The position numbers and the translations under genes were made by a program. The notes beneath the pieces are model-generated. The model searched no databases. It saw only the letters and a program-made list of their open reading frames with translations, and had not been told where the DNA came from. A DNA stretch of 63,060 nucleotides. It comes from Elusimicrobia bacterium CG1_02_37_114 (GTDB lineage: Bacteria; Elusimicrobiota; Endomicrobiia; CG1-02-37-114). The stretch covers positions 1 to 63,060 of the forward strand of contig MNXB01000105.1 in the NCBI GenBank assembly GCA_001871125.1, written 5' to 3'. Positions 47,069-56,994 of the stretch are shown here, piece after piece. Position 1 is the first letter of the stretch; each line of letters starts with the position of its first letter.

Positions 47069-47809
47069 ATGGACATAAAAACAGCAAGAGAAATTAATGA
47101 TATCCGTGTTGCGGCAAAAATTAGCAGTGAAGTCTTGGAAATAGTACTAAAAAAGATACATCCGGGAATGTCCACAGCACAGTTGGACGAAATTGCACAT
47201 AAGGAAATAATTTCCCGTAAATCTAAACCGGCATTTTTGGGTTATAGAGGATACCCGGCAAGCATATGTGTCTCTATCAATAATGAACTGGTACATGGTA
47301 TCCCGTCTGAAAGTAAGATGCTTAAAGAAGGCGACCTGGTTTCCGTAGATTTAGGAGTAAACCATAAAGGATTTTATGGCGATATAGCTGAAACAGTCCC
47401 GGTAGGCAAAATTTCAATGTCTGCACAAAAATTGATGGATGTTACTTACCGTTCATTTCAACAAGCTTATAAAAATGCCTGTTGCGGAAAACGTATAGGT
47501 GATATATCGTTCAGTATACAATCATATGTAGAGCAGAATGGATTTTCTGTTGTTCGTGATTACTGCGGACATGGTATTGGAAGAGAATTACATGAAAAGC
47601 CTGAAGTGCCGGATTTTGGCAGAGCGGGTAGTGGTCAAGAACTTATCCAGGGTATGGTTATTGCAATAGAACCTATGGTTTGTGAGGGTGACTGGCGCCT
47701 GAGAATTTTGTCTGATGGATGGACAGCGGTGACTTTAGACAATAAACTATGTGCACATTATGAAAGAATGGTTTTGATAACAGAAAACGGACCGGAAATT
47801 TTAAATTAA
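47069..47809 (+). CDS. map: Methionine aminopeptidase type I
   Basis: VHGIP, YCGHGIG, AIEPM, AHYE. Confidence 0.96.
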   Translation: MDIKTAREINDIRVAAKISSEVLEIVLKKIHPGMSTAQLDEIAHKEIISRKSKPAFLGYRGYPASICVSINNELVHGIPSESKMLKEGDLVSVDLGVNHKGFYGDIAETVPVGKISMSAQKLMDVTYRSFQQAYKNACCGKRIGDISFSIQSYVEQNGFSVVRDYCGHGIGRELHEKPEVPDFGRAGSGQELIQGMVIAIEPMVCEGDWRLRILSDGWTAVTLDNKLCAHYERMVLITENGPEILN

Positions 47810-47825
47810 ATATAAGCATAAAGTA

Positions 47826-47874
47826 TAAAAGGGTAAACCCTTAATTCCTGGAATTAATCCTTCAGGATTTTACT
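47826..47874 (+). repeat. Family B copy, short form
   Basis: taaaagggtaaacccttaattcctggaattaatccttcaggattttact. Confidence 0.85.
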
Positions 47875-47883
47875 TAACTAAAT

Positions 47884-48102
47884 ATGGTAAAAGAACAAAA
47901 AATCCTGGTAGATGGAAAAATAAAGGAGGTTCTTCCCAATACAATGTTTAGAGTTGAAATAGAGGGTGGGCATATAGTTCTGGCACATCTGTCAGGCAAG
48001 ATGAGAATGAACTATATAAAAATTGTTATAGGAGACAAGGTAAAAGTGGAACTTTCTCCTTATGACCTTAGCCGGGGAAGAATCGTTTACAGAGAAAGAT
48101 GA
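47884..48102 (+). CDS. infA: Translation initiation factor IF-1
   Basis: [24 protein letters not shown]. Confidence 0.98.
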   Translation: MVKEQKILVDGKIKEVLPNTMFRVEIEGGHIVLAHLSGKMRMNYIKIVIGDKVKVELSPYDLSRGRIVYRER

Positions 48103-48212
48103 AAGTACGTTCGTCAGTTAAACCAATTTGTAAAAAGTGTAAGATTGTGAAACGCAAAAACGTTATAAGAATTATTTGTTCAGACCCAAGACATAAACAG
48201 AGACAAGGTTAA
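48099..48212 (+). CDS. rpmJ: 50S ribosomal protein L36 (not in the ORF track; 37 aa)
   Basis: Manual translation [37 protein letters not shown]. Confidence 0.97.
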   Translation: MKVRSSVKPICKKCKIVKRKNVIRIICSDPRHKQRQG

Positions 48213-48215
48213 TAA

Positions 48216-48231
48216 CCCCGATAAATCGGGG
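48216..48231. repeat. Family A hairpin ccccgataaatcgggg
   Basis: Identical copy at 56920-56935; reverse complement lies within 18931-18950 in 23S. Confidence 0.8.
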
Positions 48232-48250
48232 AATCCCTGGGGAGGAAAGA

Positions 48251-48667
48251 GTGGCACGAATTGCTGGCGTAGATTTGCCAAAGAACAAAAGGATAGATAT
48301 CGGGTTAAGATATATTTACGGTATCGGTCCAACTTTAGCAAAAAGAATAATTGAAGAAGCAAATATTAGACCTGAAGTGCGAGTAAAAGACCTATCTGAA
48401 TCTGATGTGAATAAAATTAATACCATTATAACAAATAATTATAAAGTAGAAGGTGAGTTACGTAGAGAATTACAGCAGAATGTCCGCAGGTTGATTGAAA
48501 TTGGTGCATATCGTGGTATGCGTCATAGACGGAATTTGCCTTGTCGGGGACAGAGAACCAAAACCAATGCCCGTGTCCGACGGGGTAAAAGAAGAACAGT
48601 CGGTGCGGTTCGTGTCCGTGCAGAGGTTAAGAAAAGAACAGTAGCCCCCGCTACTGAGAAAAAATAG
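48251..48667 (+). CDS. rpsM: 30S ribosomal protein S13
   Basis: [31 protein letters not shown]; GTG start. Confidence 0.98.
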   Translation: MARIAGVDLPKNKRIDIGLRYIYGIGPTLAKRIIEEANIRPEVRVKDLSESDVNKINTIITNNYKVEGELRRELQQNVRRLIEIGAYRGMRHRRNLPCRGQRTKTNARVRRGKRRTVGAVRVRAEVKKRTVAPATEKK

Positions 48668-48678
48668 GAATAGCTACT

Positions 48679-49059
48679 ATGGCAGAAAAGACAAAAAAGA
48701 GAAAATCCTGGACTGGTGGGCAGGCAAAGGTATACATACATTCATCTTTTAATAATACTATAGTTACAATTACTGATGACAGTGGTGCTACCATTGTTTG
48801 GGCCTCTGCTGGTTCTTGCGGTTTCAAGGGTACAAAAAAAGGCACACCCTATGCAGCACAAATAGCAGCCTCAACAGCAGCTAAAAAAGCAATTGATATG
48901 GGTGTCAAATATACCTCTGTGCTTGTAAAAGGTCCGGGTCCGGGACGTGAGATTGCTATAAGGTCTCTGCAGTCTGCAGGATTAACCATTACATCTATAC
49001 GTGACATTACCCCTATACCACATAATGGTTGTCGTCCTCCCAAGCCCAGAAGAGTATAA
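48679..49059 (+). CDS. rpsK: 30S ribosomal protein S11
   Basis: [29 protein letters not shown]. Confidence 0.99.
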   Translation: MAEKTKKRKSWTGGQAKVYIHSSFNNTIVTITDDSGATIVWASAGSCGFKGTKKGTPYAAQIAASTAAKKAIDMGVKYTSVLVKGPGPGREIAIRSLQSAGLTITSIRDITPIPHNGCRPPKPRRV

Positions 49060-49074
49060 ATTGGAGGTTTAAAA

Positions 49075-49701
49075 GTGGGACGTTATACAGGCCCTTTATG
49101 TAAATTATGTCGCAGGGAAAAGACGAAACTTTTCCTTAAAGGAGAGAAATGCGATAAAAATTGTGTTATTGACCGCATCAAACAAAAGGGCAAGTCAGGA
49201 CAATCCAGACAAAAGAGAATGGTAAAGTTAAGCGAATACGCTAAACGGCTGCATGAAAAACAAAAGATGAAACACATGGCAGGGCTTACAGAAGAACAAT
49301 TTCGTAATTATTATAGACAGGCATTAAAAATGCCAGGCATGACAGGCGAACAATTGCTTTTGTTGGTTGAAACAAGGCTGGATAGTGTTTTACATAGATT
49401 GGGTTTTGCACCGTCAAAACGTTTTGCACGGCAATTAGTAACACACAGGCATATAACTGTAAATGACCGTATTATGAAATTTGCAGGTTATCGGGTAAAA
49501 CCCGGTGATAAAATAAAACTTCGCGAAAGTGTTCATGAGAATCCGGTCATTAAAAAATCTTTGGAGAAAGACATTGAGTCACCTTCCTGGTTATCTGTTG
49601 ACAAAACGAATTTTGCTGCTGAAGTTTTATCTGTTCCATCACGGAGTGAAATATCCTATCCGATAGATGAAACACTTATAGTAGAATTATATTCAAGATA
49701 A
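49075..49701 (+). CDS. rpsD: 30S ribosomal protein S4 (Cys-containing form)
   Basis: CKLCRRE..KC..C, ETRLDSV, ARQLVTH. Confidence 0.98.
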   Translation: MGRYTGPLCKLCRREKTKLFLKGEKCDKNCVIDRIKQKGKSGQSRQKRMVKLSEYAKRLHEKQKMKHMAGLTEEQFRNYYRQALKMPGMTGEQLLLLVETRLDSVLHRLGFAPSKRFARQLVTHRHITVNDRIMKFAGYRVKPGDKIKLRESVHENPVIKKSLEKDIESPSWLSVDKTNFAAEVLSVPSRSEISYPIDETLIVELYSR

Positions 49702-49703
49702 TG

Positions 49704-49737
49704 ATTAAAAGCCTAAAGGCTTAATTCCATAATTTTA
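49704..49737 (+). repeat. Family C copy
   Basis: Identical to 6184-6217. Confidence 0.9.
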
Positions 49738-49761
49738 CGGTAGGAGGAGAATACATCCATT

Positions 49762-50715
49762 ATGGCCATTCCAGAGTTAGTTTTTCCGCAGAAACTTGTT
49801 GTAGAAAGACAAACGGATACTTACGGTAAGTTTATTGCTGAACCTTTTGAGCGCGGTTACGGACATACCCTTGGCAACTCATTAAGAAGGGTATTACTGT
49901 CGGGTCTGGAAGGGTCAGCGATAACTTCTGTCAAGATTAAAAATGTAGGGCATGAATATGATATAATAGAAGACGTTAAGGAAGATGTCCTGCAGATTAC
50001 CCTTAACCTGAAAAAAGTTAGACTTAAAATGTATTCTGAAGGTCCGGAAACATTACGTTTACAGGAGAAAGGCGAAAAGATTGTACGGGCAGGCGATTTT
50101 CAGCCAAATTCTAATGTGGAAATAGTTAACCCTGATACTGTGATTGCTACGCTTGAACCCAATGGTGTACTTGAAATGGAAATGGAAGTTAAGCACGGCA
50201 GGGGTTATGTTTCCGCTGAAGAGAACAAAAGAGCAGACCACCCCGTAAATACCATACCTCTGGATGCTTTATTTTCTCCCGTTGTAAGGGTGAATTATGA
50301 AGTTGAAAATGCAAGAGTCGGACAGAAAACAGATTATGACCGTTTAATCATTGAACTGCAGACCGACGGAACAGTGGTGCCATCGGATGTACTGGCATAC
50401 GCTGCTAAAATAGTTAAGAACAGTCTTGACATTTTGATTACTACCGAGAAGAAAGAAGAAAAGACCGTATCTACCATTGAGGTGATACAGGAAGAGAAGT
50501 TAAAAGAATTGTTGGGACAGCCAATAGAGATACTGAGTTTATCGTCACGACCCTTCAATTGTCTGAAAAATGCACGTGTAAAAACAATCCGTGACCTGGT
50601 AGGGAAGCGTGAAGAAGAAATTGTTTCATTACGTAATTTAGGTAAGAGCTCAATTACCGAAATAAAACAGAAACTCAGTGAACACAGTCTCAATCTGGGA
50701 ATGGTGCAACAGTGA
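49762..50715 (+). CDS. rpoA: RNA polymerase alpha subunit
   Basis: EPFERGYGHTLGNSLRR, RNLGKSS. Confidence 0.99.
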   Translation: MAIPELVFPQKLVVERQTDTYGKFIAEPFERGYGHTLGNSLRRVLLSGLEGSAITSVKIKNVGHEYDIIEDVKEDVLQITLNLKKVRLKMYSEGPETLRLQEKGEKIVRAGDFQPNSNVEIVNPDTVIATLEPNGVLEMEMEVKHGRGYVSAEENKRADHPVNTIPLDALFSPVVRVNYEVENARVGQKTDYDRLIIELQTDGTVVPSDVLAYAAKIVKNSLDILITTEKKEEKTVSTIEVIQEEKLKELLGQPIEILSLSSRPFNCLKNARVKTIRDLVGKREEEIVSLRNLGKSSITEIKQKLSEHSLNLGMVQQ

Positions 50716-51065
50716 TAAAAGCTTATTCCAGACGAAAACTATCCCGTGCTTCAAGCCATAGAACTGCAATGTTACGGAATCTTGCCACGGACCTTTTTAT
50801 GCACGAAAAAATTAAAACAACTTTTGCCAGAGCAAAGGAATTACAGAGATTCAGTGAAAGACTAATAACAAAAGCAAAAGGAAATAATTTAACTGCACGC
50901 AGAGCAGTAGACCGTGATATAAAGGATAAGGCGGTGTTAAAAAAAATTTTTGAAGTACTTCTACCAAGATACTCTGATAGAAAAGGCGGGTATACGCAGG
51001 TCTATAAGATTGGCCAGAGAATGGGTGATTCTGCATTAATGTCGTTGATAAGATTGGTGCAGTAA
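50712..51065 (+). CDS. rplQ: 50S ribosomal protein L17
   Basis: HRTAMLRNL, ERLITKAK, RKGGYT. Confidence 0.98.
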   Translation: MIKAYSRRKLSRASSHRTAMLRNLATDLFMHEKIKTTFARAKELQRFSERLITKAKGNNLTARRAVDRDIKDKAVLKKIFEVLLPRYSDRKGGYTQVYKIGQRMGDSALMSLIRLVQ

Positions 51066-51068
51066 TAA

Positions 51069-51158
51069 TCCCCTATATTCCCCCTTTACCAAAAGTAGGT
51101 TCTTTAGGAACCAAAAGTAGGTTCCGTAGGAATAAAAGGGGGAAATAATAAGGGGGAA
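51069..51158. repeat. Composite repeat: imperfect outer IR around two tandem 22-bp family E units
   Basis: ccaaaagtaggttctttaggaa and ccaaaagtaggttccgtaggaa; related units at 1723-1743 and 10533-10553. Confidence 0.75.
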
Positions 51159-51162
51159 AAGT

Positions 51163-52191
51163 ATGTTTAATTTTCTATTTAAGATTTGGTCAAATGATAT
51201 AGGCATTGACCTCGGTACCGCAAGTGTGCTGGTGTATGTGAAGGGACAGGGAATCGTGTTAAGAGAACCCAGTGTCGTTGCGATAGAGAAAAACACAAGA
51301 GATGTGGTGGCTATCGGTGCAGAAGCCAAGAGAATGATTGGTAAGACTCCTTCAAATATAGTAGCGGTTAAGCCTTTGTGTGACGGTGTAATTGCTGATT
51401 TTGATGTTACGGAAAAAATGATTAGATACTTCATAAAGAAAGTTCACAACCGCGGGAGTTTACTCCATCCCAGAATTGTCATAGGGATACCCTCGGGAAT
51501 AACAGAAGTTGAACGTCGGGCAGTAAGAGAGTCAGCGACACAGGCAGGAGCACGTGAAGTATATTTAATAGAAGAGCCGATTGCAGCAGCTATTGGTGCC
51601 AACATACCTATCCAGGAACCGACAGGCAATATGATTGTTGATATAGGCGGTGGGACGACAGAGGTTGCAGTGCTTTCTTTAGGTGATACCGTCGTTTCAA
51701 AGTCAATTGATATTGCCGGCGATGAAATGACCGATGCCATTGTCCAATATTTCAGACGTAAATATAATCTTCTTGTCGGGGAAAATACTGCTGAAATGAC
51801 AAAAATAAAAATCGGGTCAGCATATCCGACCGGTGAAGAACAAACAATGGAAGTAAAAGGACGTGACCAGGTCACGGGTCTTCCTAAAATAATAAATGTT
51901 ACATCTGAAGAAATCAGGCAGGCGATTACAGAACCTGTTAAGGCAATAATTGAGGTTATAAAAAGTACACTTGAAGAGACACCTGCGGAGTTATCTGCCG
52001 ATTTGGTTGACCGGGGCATAGTACTTGCTGGCGGAGGCTCTCTTTTAAGGGGGTTAATAGAATTAATTTCACAAGAGACAGAACTACCGGTGTTCCTTGC
52101 AGATGACCCCATTACCTGCGTAGTGCGGGGGGCAGGTAAATATCTGGAAGAACTGGATAACTTAAAAAGAATACGTAAAAGTTTAATTTGA
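51163..52191 (+). CDS. mreB: Rod shape-determining protein MreB
   Basis: [35 protein letters not shown]. Confidence 0.98.
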   Translation: MFNFLFKIWSNDIGIDLGTASVLVYVKGQGIVLREPSVVAIEKNTRDVVAIGAEAKRMIGKTPSNIVAVKPLCDGVIADFDVTEKMIRYFIKKVHNRGSLLHPRIVIGIPSGITEVERRAVRESATQAGAREVYLIEEPIAAAIGANIPIQEPTGNMIVDIGGGTTEVAVLSLGDTVVSKSIDIAGDEMTDAIVQYFRRKYNLLVGENTAEMTKIKIGSAYPTGEEQTMEVKGRDQVTGLPKIINVTSEEIRQAITEPVKAIIEVIKSTLEETPAELSADLVDRGIVLAGGGSLLRGLIELISQETELPVFLADDPITCVVRGAGKYLEELDNLKRIRKSLI

Positions 52192-53003
52192 ATAAACCTA
52201 TCGTATTAGTCCTTTTAATAAGCATTTCTATAATATTAATTTCTCTTAATCTCACTCCCAAAATCGTTGCAATAAAGAACGTTTTGAATTATTTTCTATT
52301 CCCGGTTCCCGGACTATCTTTTAAAATAATGGACCAGGCTGAACAATTAGGAGAAAATATAAGTTCGCTTATAAAGTTAAACGAAGAAAACCGTGCATTA
52401 AAAGACAGAATTGAGAAATATGTGCATTTAGAAAATGAATATAAAACAATGCTGCAGGAAAATATACAACTGAAGGAAATATTAATCTTATCAGGACATG
52501 TAAAGTATGATTTAATTTCTGCAAGAATTATTGTCAGGAATCCTTTGGATTGGTTCAGGTCCGTAATAATTGATAAGGGGTACGAAGACAACATTAAGTT
52601 AGATATGCCTGTAGTGGCAATTATTGATACAAAAGAAACTCTTGTGGGACGCATTTTTGAAGTTAATAAGAATAACTCAAAAGTCTTATTGATTACTGAT
52701 AAACTATCCTCAGTGAGTGTCAGAATAAAAAGGTCAGGAACCGATGGCGTGATTGAGGGTAGAGGGAAATCATATTTGCTGCTTGATTATCTGCTTGTAG
52801 ATAGTGATATAAAATCAGGAGATGAGATTGTTACCAGCGGTGTTGGCGGTGTGTTTCCAGCAGGGCTACCTGTTGGTGTTGTGCAGGAGATATTTTTTGA
52901 TAAAAAGACTCACTTCAAGCAGGCATTCGTTAAGCCGGCAGTGAACCTTAATAAAATCGGTATAGTTTGTGTAATTATACCACAGCCCCTTGAGACGAAA
53001 TAA
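52188..53003 (+). CDS. mreC: Rod shape-determining protein MreC
   Basis: TM helix plus coiled coil, [25 protein letters not shown]. Confidence 0.93.
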   Translation: MNKPIVLVLLISISIILISLNLTPKIVAIKNVLNYFLFPVPGLSFKIMDQAEQLGENISSLIKLNEENRALKDRIEKYVHLENEYKTMLQENIQLKEILILSGHVKYDLISARIIVRNPLDWFRSVIIDKGYEDNIKLDMPVVAIIDTKETLVGRIFEVNKNNSKVLLITDKLSSVSVRIKRSGTDGVIEGRGKSYLLLDYLLVDSDIKSGDEIVTSGVGGVFPAGLPVGVVQEIFFDKKTHFKQAFVKPAVNLNKIGIVCVIIPQPLETK

Positions 53004-53064
53004 GTCTCGTTTATAATTTTAGAATTATTTTCTGAAGCAGTAAGTGGGTAAAAAAGATGAGACA

Positions 53065-54561
53065 ATGAAAAAATATAAAATATTCGTCAGTGGTGTGCAG
53101 AAAGAACTAAAGCAGGAACGACGGACAATTAAAGATTTTGTCCTAAATGATACCCTTCTTTCTGAATATTTTGATGTTTTCCTGTTTGAGGATGCTCCCG
53201 CAAAGAGCAAGTCAGCCGAGATATCCTATCTGGAAGAGGTAAAAAAGAGCGATATCTACACAGGCATCCTTGGCACAAAATACGGAAGTTCTGCCAAAGG
53301 TAAAATATCTCCCACTGAGGCTGAGTTCCGTGAAGCCCAAAAATCACATAAGACAATTCTGCTCTACATTAAAGGTGAAAACAGTGGCAATGACAAAAAG
53401 CGTGAAGAAGGAATTCAGAATCTTATTAAAGAAATCAGAGATTCAAAAAGTGGATTCAGCTATAAAAGATTTGGTGATGCCACAGAACTTATCCGTTTAG
53501 TTTATAGAAGTTTGATTGAGTTTCTGAAAGAAAAAGGTATTGTAGGCCGTGGCGCTTTTGATGAACGTATCTGCGCCGATGCAAAAATGTCAGATATAGA
53601 CGAGGAAAAGGTTCGGTGGTTCCTAAAAGTTGCCAAAGCCGTACGTAAATATCCTTTAAAACAAGACACTCCAGTTGAGAATGTTTTAATCCACTTGGAT
53701 ATTCTTAAAGGCAAAGAACTTACTAATGCTGCGGTTCTTTTATTTGGCAAGAATCCGCATCGGTTTTTTATACAGGCTGAGGTTAAGTGTCTTCAGTTTT
53801 CAGGAACGGAAGTTAAGAAACCCTTTGTTAATTATCAGGTGTATAGTGGCAATTTATTTGAACATGTAGATAAGGCTGTTGCATTTGTACTTGACGCGAT
53901 TAAATTTCCCGTTATTCAGAAGGCTGGTTCAACACGTTTTCATCGTCCATACGAGATACCTGAATTTGCTATTCAGGAGGCGATCGTCAATGCTGTTACA
54001 CATCGTAACTACAATAATACTTCTGGTGTTCAAGTAATGGTTTTCGCAGACAGAGTGGAAGTTTGGAATTCAGGTAGTTTGCCACCAGAACTTACAGTTG
54101 AGGATTTAAGAAAACCGCACACTTCGTTCCCTGCGAATCCATTTATCGCTAATGTTCTTTATCTGGCTGACTATGCCCAGCGTGCCGGTTCCGGGACCAT
54201 TGAAATGATTGAACAATGTAAATCTCAAAATGCGCCGGAACCAGAATTTATGCTTATTAGAAACGTGGAATTTCGGACAATTCTGCCAAGGGATGTATTT
54301 ACCGAGGAGTTTCTGTCCCGTTTGGGATTGAATTGTCGTCAGATTAAAGCAATTAAGTATGTTAAAGAAAATGGCAAGATAACAAATAAAGAGTATACGG
54401 ATTTGACAAAAGTTAATAGTCGAACCTCATTGAGAGACTTAAACGATCTTTGTGATAAAAATATCCTTGAAAAAGTAGGATTTACCGGACGTAATACCCA
54501 ATATATTTTAACCAGACATAACCCCGACAAACCCGACACGAACTCGCCGAAGGCGACATAA
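53065..54561 (+). CDS. DUF4062 / RecG-C-like HATPase_c_4 / C-terminal wHTH protein
   Basis: KIFVSGVQKELKQER, EAIVNAVTHRNY, RAGSGT, C-terminal ITNKEY..TSLRDLNDL; ATG 53065 preferred over GTG 53044. Confidence 0.75.
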   Translation: MKKYKIFVSGVQKELKQERRTIKDFVLNDTLLSEYFDVFLFEDAPAKSKSAEISYLEEVKKSDIYTGILGTKYGSSAKGKISPTEAEFREAQKSHKTILLYIKGENSGNDKKREEGIQNLIKEIRDSKSGFSYKRFGDATELIRLVYRSLIEFLKEKGIVGRGAFDERICADAKMSDIDEEKVRWFLKVAKAVRKYPLKQDTPVENVLIHLDILKGKELTNAAVLLFGKNPHRFFIQAEVKCLQFSGTEVKKPFVNYQVYSGNLFEHVDKAVAFVLDAIKFPVIQKAGSTRFHRPYEIPEFAIQEAIVNAVTHRNYNNTSGVQVMVFADRVEVWNSGSLPPELTVEDLRKPHTSFPANPFIANVLYLADYAQRAGSGTIEMIEQCKSQNAPEPEFMLIRNVEFRTILPRDVFTEEFLSRLGLNCRQIKAIKYVKENGKITNKEYTDLTKVNSRTSLRDLNDLCDKNILEKVGFTGRNTQYILTRHNPDKPDTNSPKAT

Positions 54562-54655
54562 ACCTGATAAATGACAGATCGAATGGAGAAAATGTTGGGT
54601 ACAAAAGGTATGATTAGGGTGTGGGTAAACACCGCTCGGGAGTTGAGGCAATACA

Positions 54656-55150
54656 GTGAGAAAAAATCTATCTATTATTGCGACCATAATATTTGCGCTT
54701 GTTGGACAATTGTTATGGGTTGAGTTCTTACCTATTTTTGGGTATGCCCCTGACCTGGTTCTTATTACTATTATATATCTTTCTTTACATTACGGGAGTC
54801 TATCCGGAGAAATATATGGTTTTTTTTCCGGTATATTGGTGGATGTCTTTGATGTCTCTATATTTGGGCTGAAAGCTCTGGTTTTCACTATTATTGGATA
54901 TCTATGCGGGACATTCAGCAGACAACTTGATGAACTGGAAATAAAAACCCAGATACTGCTTGGTTTTTCTGCCTCTTATATTGTTATTATTTTTTCATAT
55001 TTAGTCTCATCAATTTTTGTAACTAAATTAGTAAAAGAAGTTTCTTTAGTTGTCTATCCTGTTGTCAACATTGTAATGGCTCCTTTTATGTTTAGATTAT
55101 ATGATTGGTGGTTTGAAAAGGTGGAAAAATGGAGTGGGAAGGGGAAATAG
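54656..55150 (+). CDS. mreD: Rod shape-determining protein MreD
   Basis: Hydrophobic; PDLVLI, GFFSGILVDVF, FGLKAL; located before mrdA. Confidence 0.85.
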   Translation: MRKNLSIIATIIFALVGQLLWVEFLPIFGYAPDLVLITIIYLSLHYGSLSGEIYGFFSGILVDVFDVSIFGLKALVFTIIGYLCGTFSRQLDELEIKTQILLGFSASYIVIIFSYLVSSIFVTKLVKEVSLVVYPVVNIVMAPFMFRLYDWWFEKVEKWSGKGK

Positions 55151-56919
55151 AGTTAGTTTATAAGAAGTTTTTGAGAAGGCTCAGTAAGTATTCTGCGTTT
55201 ATCATAATATTTTTTGTAGCGATTTTGCTAAAACTTGTCTATTTTCAGGTTTTAAAGGGAGATTATTTTTACAACCTGTCTGAACAAAATTGTGCGAATC
55301 TTTATGTTGAACAGGCACCCCGCGGAAAGATTTATGACTGTGCTCAAAATCCGCTCTGTGAAAACAGACCCTCGGTTACGGTTATGTTTTATCCCTTTCT
55401 GTATAAGGAAAATTATAAACTTCAGGCAGAGTTAGCCGATAGAGCGGAAAAGATATTGCCCGGGAGTAAATCCAAAATATTATCCGCGTACAAAACCACT
55501 AAAGCGGTACAATTAGGGAAGGATGTCTCGCGCGATATAATGTTCAAGTTTCTTGAACAAAGAATAAATTTTCAGGGTATCTCGGTCGTCACAGAACAGA
55601 GAAGATACTATCCCTACGGAGGGTTAGCCAGTCAGATGATAGGATATATTGGAGAAATCAGTCAGCATGAGTTAAAATACCTTCACCTCAAGGGCTACAA
55701 ACAGGGCGATATAATAGGTAAAATTGGTTTAGAAAAACAATATGACACTTATCTGCGCGGAGTAAATGGTGGCTGGCTGATAGAAACCGATGCCAGTGGC
55801 TGCCAGACAGACATCATTAAACACGTACTTCCACAGCCAGGCGATGATTTGTATTTGACAATAGACATTGGACTTCAACTGGTTGCCGAAAAAGCACTGG
55901 AAGAAACGGGTTGTAACGGTGCTATTGTCGGACTTGACCCGAATGACGGTTCTGTAAAGATATTGGTTTCTCAACCCACATTTGACCCTAACAGTTTTAT
56001 CTCAAACAGTGAGGAACGATTAAAATATATGAGTGATAAAGACCTGCCGTTATACAACAGGACAATACAGGCACAATATGCACCGGGTTCTGTATTCAAA
56101 ATAATAACCTCGTTAGCTGCTTTGGATACAAAAAGTATTACTCCTGAACGGAAATTTGTGTGCCCGGGATATTTCAAGCTGGGCAGAAAAACATTTAAAT
56201 GCTGGAAAAAAGAGGGACATGGCAGGATGTGTTTTTCTGAAGGTGTCAGGAATTCCTGTGATGTATATTTTTATAATGTTGGATTGATTACGGGTATTGA
56301 TGCCATTGTGAAATATGCAGAGAAGTTCGCCCTGGGAAAACCTACGGGTATTGACTTACCGTTTGAAAAGTCAGGTTTTATACCCGCAGCTTCCTGGCGT
56401 GAAAAAAAATTTGGTAAAAACTGGCTGAAGGGTGATACTGTAAACATTTCCATAGGCCAGGGATACCTTGATTTGACGCCACTGCAATTAGCCAGTCTGG
56501 TTTCATCAGTAGCAAACAGGGGTAAAATATACAAACCGTATATAGTAAAGAAAATAATCAGTCCCGAAGAGAAACTTATTTATGAACATGAACCGGAAAA
56601 AACAAAAGAGGTTAAATTGCCGGAAAATATATGGTTAAATTTAGAGTCAGCGCTCGTGGATGTTGTGGATTCCGGTACAGGACAGGCAGCACGTGTTCCC
56701 GGAGTGAAAATTGCCGGTAAAACAGGTACCTCAGAAAACCCTCATGGAAAAGACCATGCCTGGTTTGTCTGTTACATGCCTGTTGAGAACCCCAGATTAG
56801 CACTGGCTGTTTTGGTTGAACATGGCGGTATGGGTGGGGCAGTGGCCGCACCCGTAGCGGGTAAGATATTGAGATATATAGTAGATAGAGATAAATCAGG
56901 GACACATCCCATTTTTTAA
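55129..56919 (+). CDS. mrdA: Penicillin-binding protein 2
   Basis: APRGKIYD, PGSVFK (SxxK), SCD, AGKTGT. Confidence 0.95.
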   Translation: MEWEGEIELVYKKFLRRLSKYSAFIIIFFVAILLKLVYFQVLKGDYFYNLSEQNCANLYVEQAPRGKIYDCAQNPLCENRPSVTVMFYPFLYKENYKLQAELADRAEKILPGSKSKILSAYKTTKAVQLGKDVSRDIMFKFLEQRINFQGISVVTEQRRYYPYGGLASQMIGYIGEISQHELKYLHLKGYKQGDIIGKIGLEKQYDTYLRGVNGGWLIETDASGCQTDIIKHVLPQPGDDLYLTIDIGLQLVAEKALEETGCNGAIVGLDPNDGSVKILVSQPTFDPNSFISNSEERLKYMSDKDLPLYNRTIQAQYAPGSVFKIITSLAALDTKSITPERKFVCPGYFKLGRKTFKCWKKEGHGRMCFSEGVRNSCDVYFYNVGLITGIDAIVKYAEKFALGKPTGIDLPFEKSGFIPAASWREKKFGKNWLKGDTVNISIGQGYLDLTPLQLASLVSSVANRGKIYKPYIVKKIISPEEKLIYEHEPEKTKEVKLPENIWLNLESALVDVVDSGTGQAARVPGVKIAGKTGTSENPHGKDHAWFVCYMPVENPRLALAVLVEHGGMGGAVAAPVAGKILRYIVDRDKSGTHPIF

Positions 56920-56979
56920 CCCCGATAAATCGGGGAATTCCTGGAATTCACCCTTTAGGGTTTTATCCCTCAGGATTTT
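56920..56979 (+). repeat. Family A hairpin fused to family B modules
   Basis: ccccgataaatcgggg-aattcctggaattcaccctttagggttttatccctcaggatttt. Confidence 0.8.
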
Positions 56980-56994
56980 TCTTAAGTTTAAAAC

